DNA from: a virus
Lineage: Duplodnaviria > Caudoviricetes
Direction: 5' to 3' (one strand)
IMG/VR virus record: IMGVR_UViG_3300042864_000277
Span: 1 to 54,048 of that record
Length of the DNA: 54,048 nt
Each line of letters starts with the position of its first letter. Within the stretch, counting starts at the first letter, position 1. Both the position numbers and the translations under genes were made by a program. Shown here piece after piece: positions 46,304 to 54,048 of the stretch. The notes beneath the pieces are model-generated. The model was not told the origin of the DNA. It saw only the letters and a program-made list of their open reading frames with translations, and did not search any database.

Positions 46304-47454
46304 TTAAAGGAACTTATATATTCTATCAGGATGGCAAAGAAATATGCCGCTCATCTAATGTTATTACCAAGTTTGGTAAAAGATTTTTAACTAATTTTAT
46401 TGCAGGAAATATTGCAGATGCCAATAAAGATCTAGCATTTGGAATAGACAGAAAGGAAGCTCTTGTAACTGCAGCATCTGCGGCTGCAGGCACAGTTACA
46501 TATACAGCAAACAATTATTTCGTTGCTGGAAACACTGTAAGCATTTATGGGCTTTCAACGTCTGCATTTAATCTGACAAACGTAACAGTTGCTTCTGCCA
46601 GTACAACACAATTTACAGTAACCAATGCTGCAACAGGAACAGCTGTATCTGCATCAACATCTGGACGGGCATTTAAAAAGGCCACAGACGAAGATACAAG
46701 ACTTGGCTTTGAATTCTATAGGCTTCCAATTCAATTAGCTAGCACAGACATTCAGACATCTGCAGGAACAACAACATATTCGGTAGTGTATAAAGCAACT
46801 ATTCCACAGGACGTATCTGCTACCATTTCAGAAATTGGTCTTTACCCATCAGCAAGAAGCTCAGTCAATAACTTTGACAGCAAGTATCTTGCAGACTTTA
46901 ATGACGCATTTGATTGGACAGATGAAAATGGAGATCATCCATCTGTATTAACAACTGGTCAAAAAATTGGCGACAATGTTATTGAGTTAGAATCTAATGG
47001 CACATCAGCCATGATATATACACAAAACATTAACCCAATTGATTTTTCTGGATATAGCGTTAACGACTCAATAACATTTGCATATAATAAACCAGAGGCA
47101 GATGTGCTAAGCATTAAAATTAGATTTTATAGCGAAGCTACAAAATACTATGAGGTTACAATTACTCCACAGACTGGACTTGGATATAAAATTGTTCCAG
47201 ACATTTTAATGAGTACAGTATTTGCGGGGGCAGTTAATTCACCAGATAAAACAAATATTAATAAAATTGGTATTGTTATTACACCAACATCTAGCAATGT
47301 AACATCAATTGGGGCGGACGGACTAAGAATAAATGACGAAGACACCTTTGACCCAATCTTTGGTATTATTAGCAGATCAACATTGGCCACACCATTAGTA
47401 AAAATAAAGGGAAGACCAATAGACGTAGAATACATTTTAGATTTGAGTTTCTAA
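46300..47454 (+). CDS. Minor tail/baseplate protein
   Basis: N.IT..G, L.FE.YR and I.EIGLY motifs, and a C-terminal PL.K..G....VEY.L. Confidence 0.55.
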   Translation: MIKGTYIFYQDGKEICRSSNVITKFGKRFLTNFIAGNIADANKDLAFGIDRKEALVTAASAAAGTVTYTANNYFVAGNTVSIYGLSTSAFNLTNVTVASASTTQFTVTNAATGTAVSASTSGRAFKKATDEDTRLGFEFYRLPIQLASTDIQTSAGTTTYSVVYKATIPQDVSATISEIGLYPSARSSVNNFDSKYLADFNDAFDWTDENGDHPSVLTTGQKIGDNVIELESNGTSAMIYTQNINPIDFSGYSVNDSITFAYNKPEADVLSIKIRFYSEATKYYEVTITPQTGLGYKIVPDILMSTVFAGAVNSPDKTNINKIGIVITPTSSNVTSIGADGLRINDEDTFDPIFGIISRSTLATPLVKIKGRPIDVEYILDLSF

Positions 47455-47455
47455 T

Positions 47456-49849
47456 ATGGCATATGAAGACCTATTAAAAGATACATCAGAGTCTAAAGAT
47501 GATGGTAATTATTTTCTAGTTACTATTACAGATTTAGATTTAGGTACTGCATATCCACTTCAATTTAGATGGAAAAATAAAAATGGCACATTAGGAGCAT
47601 GGAGCTCAGTAAAAACATTTGTTAGTGAATCTGCAACAATTCCATCAGAACCTAATTTGGGATCTGGAGATGTTGTAGGAGGCGCAGGGTTTATCAAGGT
47701 AACATGGGATGGAAATAATGCTCTGTCTACTGCAGCATCTAATTTTGATAGAGTAAATGTTCATATATCTGGAACGACATTTGGAGATGGAACAAAGCCT
47801 GCTGGATTTTTTAAACAGGCGGGTACACAAACATTTGCAGCGGTTGCTGGAGAATATATAGTTCAATTAAAAATATTAACAGTAAACGGATCAGAATCTT
47901 TATATAGTACAGCAAGAACAGTTACTGTAACATCTGCAGTACAATCTGCAGCATCTTCAGTAACTCCATCAACCCCAACAGTTTCTTCAGTACTTGGCGC
48001 AATTCAACTATCTTGGAATGGAAAAACATCTACTGGGGCAGACCAGCCGTTTGGATTTAATGCAGCCAAAGTTTATGTAGGAACCTCAGCTGGTTTTACC
48101 CCATCTTCATCAAATCAGGTAGACGTACTGAACTTTGCTAATGGACAAAATACTTTAAATATTGGCGTTGGAACTATTGTAGATTCAGTTGCCCTGACAT
48201 ATGGCGTTGATTATTATATTAAAATTGCAACAACTAATGGAACAGACACATCTACAGCAGTCTCGGCAACGGGAAACCCAGTAAGAGTTGGTCAGGTTAC
48301 TACGGGTGATATAGTTACAATAAATGCAGATAAGATTGCTACGGGCACATTATCATCTGGCTCAACAATAACAGTTGGAAGCACATCTGGAAAACATATT
48401 AAATTATCTGGAACGGGAGATCCGTTTATTATTTATGGAAGTGGTGGAACCTCAAATCCAGTTCTTAGTTACAATGGAGCCAAGCTTACAATTGTTGGTG
48501 ATGGAACATTTAGCGGTGCCTTATCTGCAGCAACTGGAACATTCACTGGAACTTTATCTGCAGCAACTGGGTCATTTGACGGAACAATAACTGCATCTGG
48601 AGGAACAATTGGTGGAATTACAATTGCAGCAGACGGTATACAAAATTCTGGCGGCACATTTAAAATAGATAGTAGCGGAGTAATTAGAGCAGGATCTTCA
48701 TCTAGCAATGCGGTAATAATTAGCCCAACTCTTGGTATTTATCATAGCGCAAATGGTGGATCAACAGCTTCTGGAAGATTCACTTTGGGATTGGCATCAA
48801 GCACAATTTCTGGGTGGACAATAGGAACTTCAACACTATCTTCAGGCAATCTAACCCTTAATAGCAATGGAACAATTACCACAACAAATCTTACTATTTA
48901 TGATACAGGAAGAATTGTAAATGCAGGAGGATTTGAAGTAACTGCAGCTGGTAAATTAATAGCAACTGGCGCAGAAATATCTGGAACAATTACTGCAAGC
49001 GCACTAGATACAACCGCACTAGATATTGCAGCAACTGGAGCAATTACAACAACAAGTGGTAATTTTGGAGTTACTTCTAGCGGAATTCTTAGTGCATCTA
49101 GCGTAACTATTAATGGAACATTAACCGCAAATAATGGAAGCGTCATCGGAGCTTGGTCAGTAGATTCATTTGGAACGTTGAGCGCTGGCTCAGGACTATC
49201 TGCAACATATTTATTTTCTCCAACAACGACTGATCCAAATGGAAGCCTGTTTTCAATATATACAAATAAAGAAATCTACGCATCTACTGGATTTTCCACG
49301 GCAGCTGGAAGTGGAGCAATAACATTTTTAAGCACTTCTGCAACATTAAGCCCTATAGGTAACTTAAGAGTAAACGGAGCCTTTGCCCCATCTTTTGATG
49401 ACACATATTCTTTGGGTTTTACAAGTGCTCGATGGTCTATTGTCAGATCAGCTGGTGGAGTTTCAACTACTTCAGATCAGAGAAAGAAAACAAATATTGT
49501 AGACTCTGACCTGGGACTAGATTTTATAAATAGTCTTAGGCCAGTTAAATATAAAATGATATCTGGTGGCAATGAGCCAGTATTAGATGACAGTGGGAAT
49601 AAGTTAATTGATGAATATGGCAACTATGTTTTTTCTTCTAGGCCAGGAATAAGAGACCATTATGGTTTAATAGCACAGGAGGTAAAGTCTGCTATAGATT
49701 TATCTGGAGTTGAAGATTTTGGCGGTTGGCAACTAGATGATAAAAATGATCTATCTTCAGACCAAGGCCTAGTGTATCATCAATTTATTTCTCCAATAAT
49801 TAAAGCAATACAAGAAATTTCAACAAGACTTGACGCCCTAGAAGGATAA
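47456..49849 (+). CDS. Tail fibre/spike with a C-terminal intramolecular chaperone (peptidase S74)
   Basis: FN3-like N-terminus and G.I.A..G.IGG repeats; TSDQRKKTNI...LRPVKY...HYGLIAQEV...IKAIQE. Confidence 0.85.
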   Translation: MAYEDLLKDTSESKDDGNYFLVTITDLDLGTAYPLQFRWKNKNGTLGAWSSVKTFVSESATIPSEPNLGSGDVVGGAGFIKVTWDGNNALSTAASNFDRVNVHISGTTFGDGTKPAGFFKQAGTQTFAAVAGEYIVQLKILTVNGSESLYSTARTVTVTSAVQSAASSVTPSTPTVSSVLGAIQLSWNGKTSTGADQPFGFNAAKVYVGTSAGFTPSSSNQVDVLNFANGQNTLNIGVGTIVDSVALTYGVDYYIKIATTNGTDTSTAVSATGNPVRVGQVTTGDIVTINADKIATGTLSSGSTITVGSTSGKHIKLSGTGDPFIIYGSGGTSNPVLSYNGAKLTIVGDGTFSGALSAATGTFTGTLSAATGSFDGTITASGGTIGGITIAADGIQNSGGTFKIDSSGVIRAGSSSSNAVIISPTLGIYHSANGGSTASGRFTLGLASSTISGWTIGTSTLSSGNLTLNSNGTITTTNLTIYDTGRIVNAGGFEVTAAGKLIATGAEISGTITASALDTTALDIAATGAITTTSGNFGVTSSGILSASSVTINGTLTANNGSVIGAWSVDSFGTLSAGSGLSATYLFSPTTTDPNGSLFSIYTNKEIYASTGFSTAAGSGAITFLSTSATLSPIGNLRVNGAFAPSFDDTYSLGFTSARWSIVRSAGGVSTTSDQRKKTNIVDSDLGLDFINSLRPVKYKMISGGNEPVLDDSGNKLIDEYGNYVFSSRPGIRDHYGLIAQEVKSAIDLSGVEDFGGWQLDDKNDLSSDQGLVYHQFISPIIKAIQEISTRLDALEG

Positions 49850-49882
49850 TGTTATCCTTAGTACTAATAGATTGGAAGAATA

Positions 49883-50038
49883 ATGTCAACAAAGGCAGAA
49901 TTAATTATTACCGCCCTTCAGCAGCGCATTGGAGAGATTGTAGCAAATTATGAAACTCAGATTGCAATACTACGGGCAGAGCTTACTCAGCTTATGGAAA
50001 AAGATGTTCAAGAAGAAGCCACAGAAGATAGTAACTAG
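49883..50038 (+). CDS. 51-aa coiled-coil protein (absent from the ORF track)
   Basis: Manual translation MSTKAELIITALQQRIGEIVANYETQIAILRAELTQLMEKDVQEEATEDSN. Confidence 0.65.
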   Translation: MSTKAELIITALQQRIGEIVANYETQIAILRAELTQLMEKDVQEEATEDSN

Positions 50039-50393
50039 CCCCACCATTTTCCCGTCAGGGATTGCAGTCAAAACCGATAAAGGAATTTACTGGATTAAAG
50101 ACGGCAAAAGGTTTAAGCTTATATCAGACAGGGCTGCAAAGTCTTGGCTGTTTACTACCGTAGAGGCAACAGAGTCATCTGTGGCTGGAATGAAGCTAGC
50201 AGGAAAGCTGGGATTCAGAGACGGCACCTTGATAAAAAACATAGCAGATGGTAAACTATATTTAATATCACAAAATAAGAAAAGACATATTGTTGATCCA
50301 GATACATTTAATAAATATGGTTTGGATAGATCACAGGTAGTAGAAGTAAGTGCCTTTGAAGCAAGTATGCATGAATTGGGAGAAGATCTATAA
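50004..50393 (+). CDS. Hypothetical protein with two internal repeats
   Basis: Likely start is ATG 50004. G..VK....Y.IKDGKR repeats as GTLIK....LYLISQNKKR. Confidence 0.6.
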   Translation: MFKKKPQKIVTSPTIFPSGIAVKTDKGIYWIKDGKRFKLISDRAAKSWLFTTVEATESSVAGMKLAGKLGFRDGTLIKNIADGKLYLISQNKKRHIVDPDTFNKYGLDRSQVVEVSAFEASMHELGEDL

Positions 50394-50818
50394 TGCCAAC
50401 GTTTGAGACAATTACATTTAATGAGGGTGAACCTCTAGATCCAAATAAATTAAATAAGCTACAAGAAAATATTGTAACTACTTATGCTACGGCTAACAAT
50501 TTATTTAACTCAACCCTAGATGGACAAACTTCCTCATTTAAAGCAATTACAAATGCAGGTACTGTAGAATGCAAAGGAGTATCTAAAGGCACAACAAAAT
50601 CTTTTGATTTAGACCTAGGTACTGGATTTAGCAATGTTTCTTCTAACCCACCACGCATTGTCGTGTCTTTGGCGGGCGGACTTGCAACTGGAGACTCAGT
50701 AACTCTTTCAGTTGCTGGAGCTGCTACAGCTTCACCAAAGATATGGGTATCAAATGTTAACTCTTCTAAGAGCACATTTAATGTGACATGGATAGCAGTA
50801 CAAATGTCACCAGCTTAA
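50393..50818 (+). CDS. Small fibre-like structural protein
   Basis: GEPLD..KLN N-terminus; GF...P..V....V.WIA C-terminal pattern. Confidence 0.5.
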   Translation: MPTFETITFNEGEPLDPNKLNKLQENIVTTYATANNLFNSTLDGQTSSFKAITNAGTVECKGVSKGTTKSFDLDLGTGFSNVSSNPPRIVVSLAGGLATGDSVTLSVAGAATASPKIWVSNVNSSKSTFNVTWIAVQMSPA

Positions 50819-50821
50819 ACA

Positions 50822-50849
50822 TTGACAATCAGTAATCATATGTTACAAT
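50822..50849 (+). promoter_or_regulatory. Sigma70-type promoter of the DNA metabolism module
   Basis: TTGACA-16 nt-TACAAT with an extended TG. Confidence 0.6.
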
Positions 50850-50860
50850 TACTGTAACAT
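50840..50860. promoter_or_regulatory. Palindromic operator candidate overlapping the -10 and start site
   Basis: ATGTTACA-attac-TGTAACAT, a perfect 8-bp inverted repeat. Confidence 0.55.
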
Positions 50861-50862
50861 CT

Positions 50863-50886
50863 AAGTCACGTATCCGTGGCTTTTTT
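50863..50886 (+). terminator. Intrinsic terminator-like hairpin
   Basis: aagtcacg-tatc-cgtggctt running into a T tract. Confidence 0.6.
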
Positions 50887-50904
50887 AATTATTAAGGTAA
50901 TTTA

Positions 50905-51708
50905 ATGTCAAACGATTTAAAGTGGATGTTATCATCCGATCAGCAATTCCCGTACCAAGATGATAAGATGATTGCTCTATGGTTTAAAGTAATGAAATGG
51001 TTTAAGCCAGACGTAGTAGACTATCTTGGAGATACAGACGATCAAGCTTGTTACAGTAAATATACAGAGGGACGTTCTGCTGAGTTTATGCAACTGCATA
51101 AAGATGATAGCCGTGACTTAATTGTTCCAATGATGAGACATGAGGCAAAAGGCGCTAGAGATTTTTATGCTAAGACGAGAGAGATGTTGCCAGACGCACA
51201 ATTGTTTTCTGCTTTAGGAAATCACGACGTTAGAATTTTTAACTATGTTGATGCAAAGCTTCCAGACTATTTAAATGATGTTACACCAGAATCATTATGG
51301 TCTTTAGATTCATTAGGCTACGACTATATCTACTATAATGAACTACCAAAGAAACGATTTGGAGATATACACGTTCACCACGGACTTTCAATTTCAGCTA
51401 CAGGGTCTGTAAGAAAAGATATGGAAGACATGCAGGTTTCATTAATTAGAGGTCACTCACACAGAATTGCTTCGCATATGGTAACATATGAACTTAGAAA
51501 TAATGGTGAAGGAGAAACTTTGCGTGGCTACGAGATTGGTCACATGTGTGATGAAAAGGGGCCAGGAATGAAATATACCCAGCACCATGACTGGCAAAAA
51601 GGTTTTGCTATTGCACACATTGAAAATGGAGAATATCCACACGTTCAGATGATTCATGTATCTCCAAATTATACATGCTTAGTTGATGGAAAGTTGTTTA
51701 GTCTATAA
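50905..51708 (+). CDS. Calcineurin-like metallophosphoesterase
   Basis: SDQQ, LGD..D, GNHD, HHG and GHSHR motifs. Confidence 0.85.
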   Translation: MSNDLKWMLSSDQQFPYQDDKMIALWFKVMKWFKPDVVDYLGDTDDQACYSKYTEGRSAEFMQLHKDDSRDLIVPMMRHEAKGARDFYAKTREMLPDAQLFSALGNHDVRIFNYVDAKLPDYLNDVTPESLWSLDSLGYDYIYYNELPKKRFGDIHVHHGLSISATGSVRKDMEDMQVSLIRGHSHRIASHMVTYELRNNGEGETLRGYEIGHMCDEKGPGMKYTQHHDWQKGFAIAHIENGEYPHVQMIHVSPNYTCLVDGKLFSL

Positions 51709-51893
51709 TGAGATGTAAGAAGTGTGACGGCAGAGTATTCATTGATAGAGTATTCTCACAGAAACTACACATGGAGCTATTCTGCGTTATGTGTGGAAAA
51801 AGATGGATGATTAATAAGGAAACGAATGCGCTTGCAAAATGGTTAGACGACAGAGAACTCCAGCACCGAAGAAGTTTCTCTATTTCTTCTTAA
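51708..51893 (+). CDS. Zinc-ribbon protein
   Basis: CKKC...CVMCG. Confidence 0.7.
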   Translation: MRCKKCDGRVFIDRVFSQKLHMELFCVMCGKRWMINKETNALAKWLDDRELQHRRSFSISS

Positions 51894-52321
51894 ATGATAA
51901 AATACATAAAGTATTAAAGTCATCAAGATCTAGGGACGAGCTTATTGCCTGGTGCTATCCAGATAAAAAGCGTGTGATGTATTCTTATTCTCAAGCAGTT
52001 AAGTACATGGAGAATGCTTTTACCACGGCGCAGGTCGGGGAAATATTAGGAAAACACAAAGTAACTATTGAAGACTATATACTTGAAGGAAAGATTAGGG
52101 TACCGCATAGAGTGTATCCAATTGGAAATCCAGATAGCAAATGGTCTAAATATATGTTTAATCAAAAAGACATATTAGAATTACATCAATTTATTTTAGA
52201 TGATGGGCACTCTTCAAAATTGCCTTCAAAAACTGAATTGCTGGCTATTCTCAAACACAATACTATATTGTATACTAAGACAGAAGATGGAAAGTTCGTA
52301 CCTGTATGGAAGGCGGAGTAA
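51839..52321 (+). CDS. HTH DNA-binding protein (excisionase/MerR-like)
   Basis: FTTAQVGEILGKHKVTIEDYILEGKI. Confidence 0.7.
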   Translation: MVRRQRTPAPKKFLYFFLNDKIHKVLKSSRSRDELIAWCYPDKKRVMYSYSQAVKYMENAFTTAQVGEILGKHKVTIEDYILEGKIRVPHRVYPIGNPDSKWSKYMFNQKDILELHQFILDDGHSSKLPSKTELLAILKHNTILYTKTEDGKFVPVWKAE

Positions 52322-52524
52322 TGACAACAAAAGTAAAAGTAGACCTATCCTTTACAAGGAACCTAGGTAACTATGAAAGTATTAAAATAGGCATCGGAGT
52401 AGAGGATGATTTGCGCCTTGGCGAAAATGTTGAGTCTGCCACTGAGAGAGTGTATAAGTTTGTAGAAGATAAGCTTATTGAAAAAACTCGTGAGGTGGAA
52501 GAAGAACTAAAGCGTGGAAAATAA
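52321..52524 (+). CDS. Hypothetical protein (NLGNYES motif)
   Basis: Likely start is ATG 52321 (TAATG overlap, RBS ggag). Confidence 0.65.
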   Translation: MTTKVKVDLSFTRNLGNYESIKIGIGVEDDLRLGENVESATERVYKFVEDKLIEKTREVEEELKRGK

Positions 52525-52837
52525 AAAAGAACCTTATGTTTTGATCAGCCTATATCAATCTTTATATAAAGAAAAGTATGGTCGCACACCACAGATAAAT
52601 AAATTTCGTGAGAAGTGGGCTATGCAAGATGTAATAGATAGTGTAGGATTTGATCGTGCAAAGGAACTTTTGGTATACTATTTTTCATTGCCAAAAAGCG
52701 GACACCCAATGCAATTCTTTTTCTATAACTTTGATAGGATGGATATTGTAGAGGTTGAAGCACAAAAGGATAAGCACAGACGTCGTTTGTTATTGGAAGA
52801 AACGAAGAAGATGGTTGAGAATGGCGGAATAGAATGA
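52514..52837 (+). CDS. Hypothetical protein upstream of the helicase
   Basis: GTG start, overlapping both neighbours. Confidence 0.6.
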   Translation: MENKKEPYVLISLYQSLYKEKYGRTPQINKFREKWAMQDVIDSVGFDRAKELLVYYFSLPKSGHPMQFFFYNFDRMDIVEVEAQKDKHRRRLLLEETKKMVENGGIE

Positions 52838-54048
52838 ACACAGAAGCAACATTAATATCTGCCGTATGTAAGAATAAAGACATAAGCACATTATTAGCAG
52901 ACAACGTAGATGAACTATTTACTTCCCACAGAGATATTTGGGAAGGTCTCAAGTCATACTATTATAAGTTTAAAGCAGTACCAGAAGCTGGCGTATTGAT
53001 TGAAAAGTTTAAAGACTTTGAGCCAGTAGAAGTAAAGGCAGAGACTGGCTACTACCTTGATAAACTAAAGAATGAGTTTTTATCAAATAGATTAAAGAAC
53101 ATTTTGATTAAAAGCGGATCAATGCTTAAAGAAGATGCTGCTTCAAGAGTGCTTGCAGAAATGCAAAGCCAGCTAGCAAACTTAAGTAGGTTTACAAACA
53201 ATGTTCGTGACTTAGATATTACTGATGCAGAGTCAGCGATTAGACATATGGATGCACTTAAAGCACGTTCTGATGAAATGGGTGGCTCTCCAGGAATTAA
53301 AACTGGATTTGAAGCAATCGATTTGGCGTATCCAACAGGGATGGCTCCAGGACATTTAATTGTAGCAATTGGCTGGCCAGGTCGTGGTAAGACATGGTTC
53401 ACATCTTACTTAGCATGCAAGGCTTGGGAGCAAGGCTTTAAGCCAATGATTGTATCTCTTGAGATGTCTCCAGAAAATATGCGTGATCGCATTTACACAA
53501 TGCTTGGCTCTGGTTTATTTAAGGCTAGTGACTTTTCTAAGGGCGATATTAACATTGATGATTTCCGTTCATGGAGTACAAAGAAGTTTGAAAACAAAAA
53601 TAGTTTTATTCTAGTATCGAATGAGGGCAACACAGAAGTAACTCCCGCAACCATTCAGGGTAAGATAGATCAGCATAAACCAGACTTAGTTATCCTTGAT
53701 TATCACCAGCTGTTTAATGATAATAAAAGAAGTAATTCAGAAGTAGAGCGTAACCGTAATATTTCTCGTGAGTTCAAGTTGCTTGCGGTATCAAATAATA
53801 TTCCAATTATTGATATTACCGCAGCTACTGCAGACGATATATCTGATCAAGACAATCCTCCAATGATGAGCCAAGTTGCTTGGTCAAAGGCTATTGAGTA
53901 TGATGCTGATATGGCTATGGCTGTACATAGATATCCAGGAACAAATATGATTGAGATAGTTTCAAGAAAGAATCGACACGGCCATGAGTTTGGTTTGTAT
54001 TTAGATTGGGATATCAATAGAGGTATCGTCAAAGAGATCTATGAGAAT
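52834..54048 (+). CDS. dnaB: DnaB-like replicative helicase, 3'-truncated by the window edge
   Basis: ATG 52834, open to the end of the window. Motifs: TGF..ID, Walker A GWPGRGKT, SLEMS, Walker B ILDYHQL, SREFK.LA, IEYDAD and KNRHG. Confidence 0.9.
   Translation, partial: MNTEATLISAVCKNKDISTLLADNVDELFTSHRDIWEGLKSYYYKFKAVPEAGVLIEKFKDFEPVEVKAETGYYLDKLKNEFLSNRLKNILIKSGSMLKEDAASRVLAEMQSQLANLSRFTNNVRDLDITDAESAIRHMDALKARSDEMGGSPGIKTGFEAIDLAYPTGMAPGHLIVAIGWPGRGKTWFTSYLACKAWEQGFKPMIVSLEMSPENMRDRIYTMLGSGLFKASDFSKGDINIDDFRSWSTKKFENKNSFILVSNEGNTEVTPATIQGKIDQHKPDLVILDYHQLFNDNKRSNSEVERNRNISREFKLLAVSNNIPIIDITAATADDISDQDNPPMMSQVAWSKAIEYDADMAMAVHRYPGTNMIEIVSRKNRHGHEFGLYLDWDINRGIVKEIYEN

Noticed and set aside
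52620-54032. Minus-strand ORFs at the right end
   Set aside because: They are antisense to the + strand genes, mainly the DnaB helicase that the track missed because it has no stop codon in the window.
1-54048. tRNA, rRNA, integrase or alternative genetic code
   Set aside because: Intergenic gaps are short with no cloverleaf seen, and no recombinase motifs were found. Genes are intact under the standard code, with TAA, TAG and TGA all used as stops.

Overview
This window is an AT-rich segment of a tailed dsDNA phage genome (siphovirus-like), with every credible gene on the + strand. Leaderless sigma70-type promoters and the gene content suggest an actinobacterial host; that is inference. Layout: (1) 1-25 kb is a large accessory region of collagen-like, Mtd_N-like, FN3/Ig and glycine-rich fibre or decoration proteins in repeated cassettes. 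It is interleaved with modification enzymes: two sulfotransferase-like genes, an APS kinase fused to an HxGH nucleotidyltransferase, a beta-propeller glycosidase-like protein, a TPR protein, a SAM methyltransferase and a GT25-like glycosyltransferase. (2) 25-50.8 kb is the morphogenesis module: portal, prohead protease with a nested scaffold, major capsid, neck, major tail, tail chaperones with a -1 frameshift, a 2433-aa tape measure protein, tail-tip proteins and an S74-chaperone tail fibre. (3) 50.8-54 kb starts the DNA metabolism module: metallophosphoesterase, Zn-ribbon, HTH and a partial DnaB helicase. The main highlights are an R-S-ExE ADP-ribosyltransferase-like domain inside the tape measure protein, bounded by repeated xxGG motifs, and a candidate self-contained PAPS synthesis, sulfation and glycosylation system among the fibre genes. 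All calls come from motif reading only; no searches were run.
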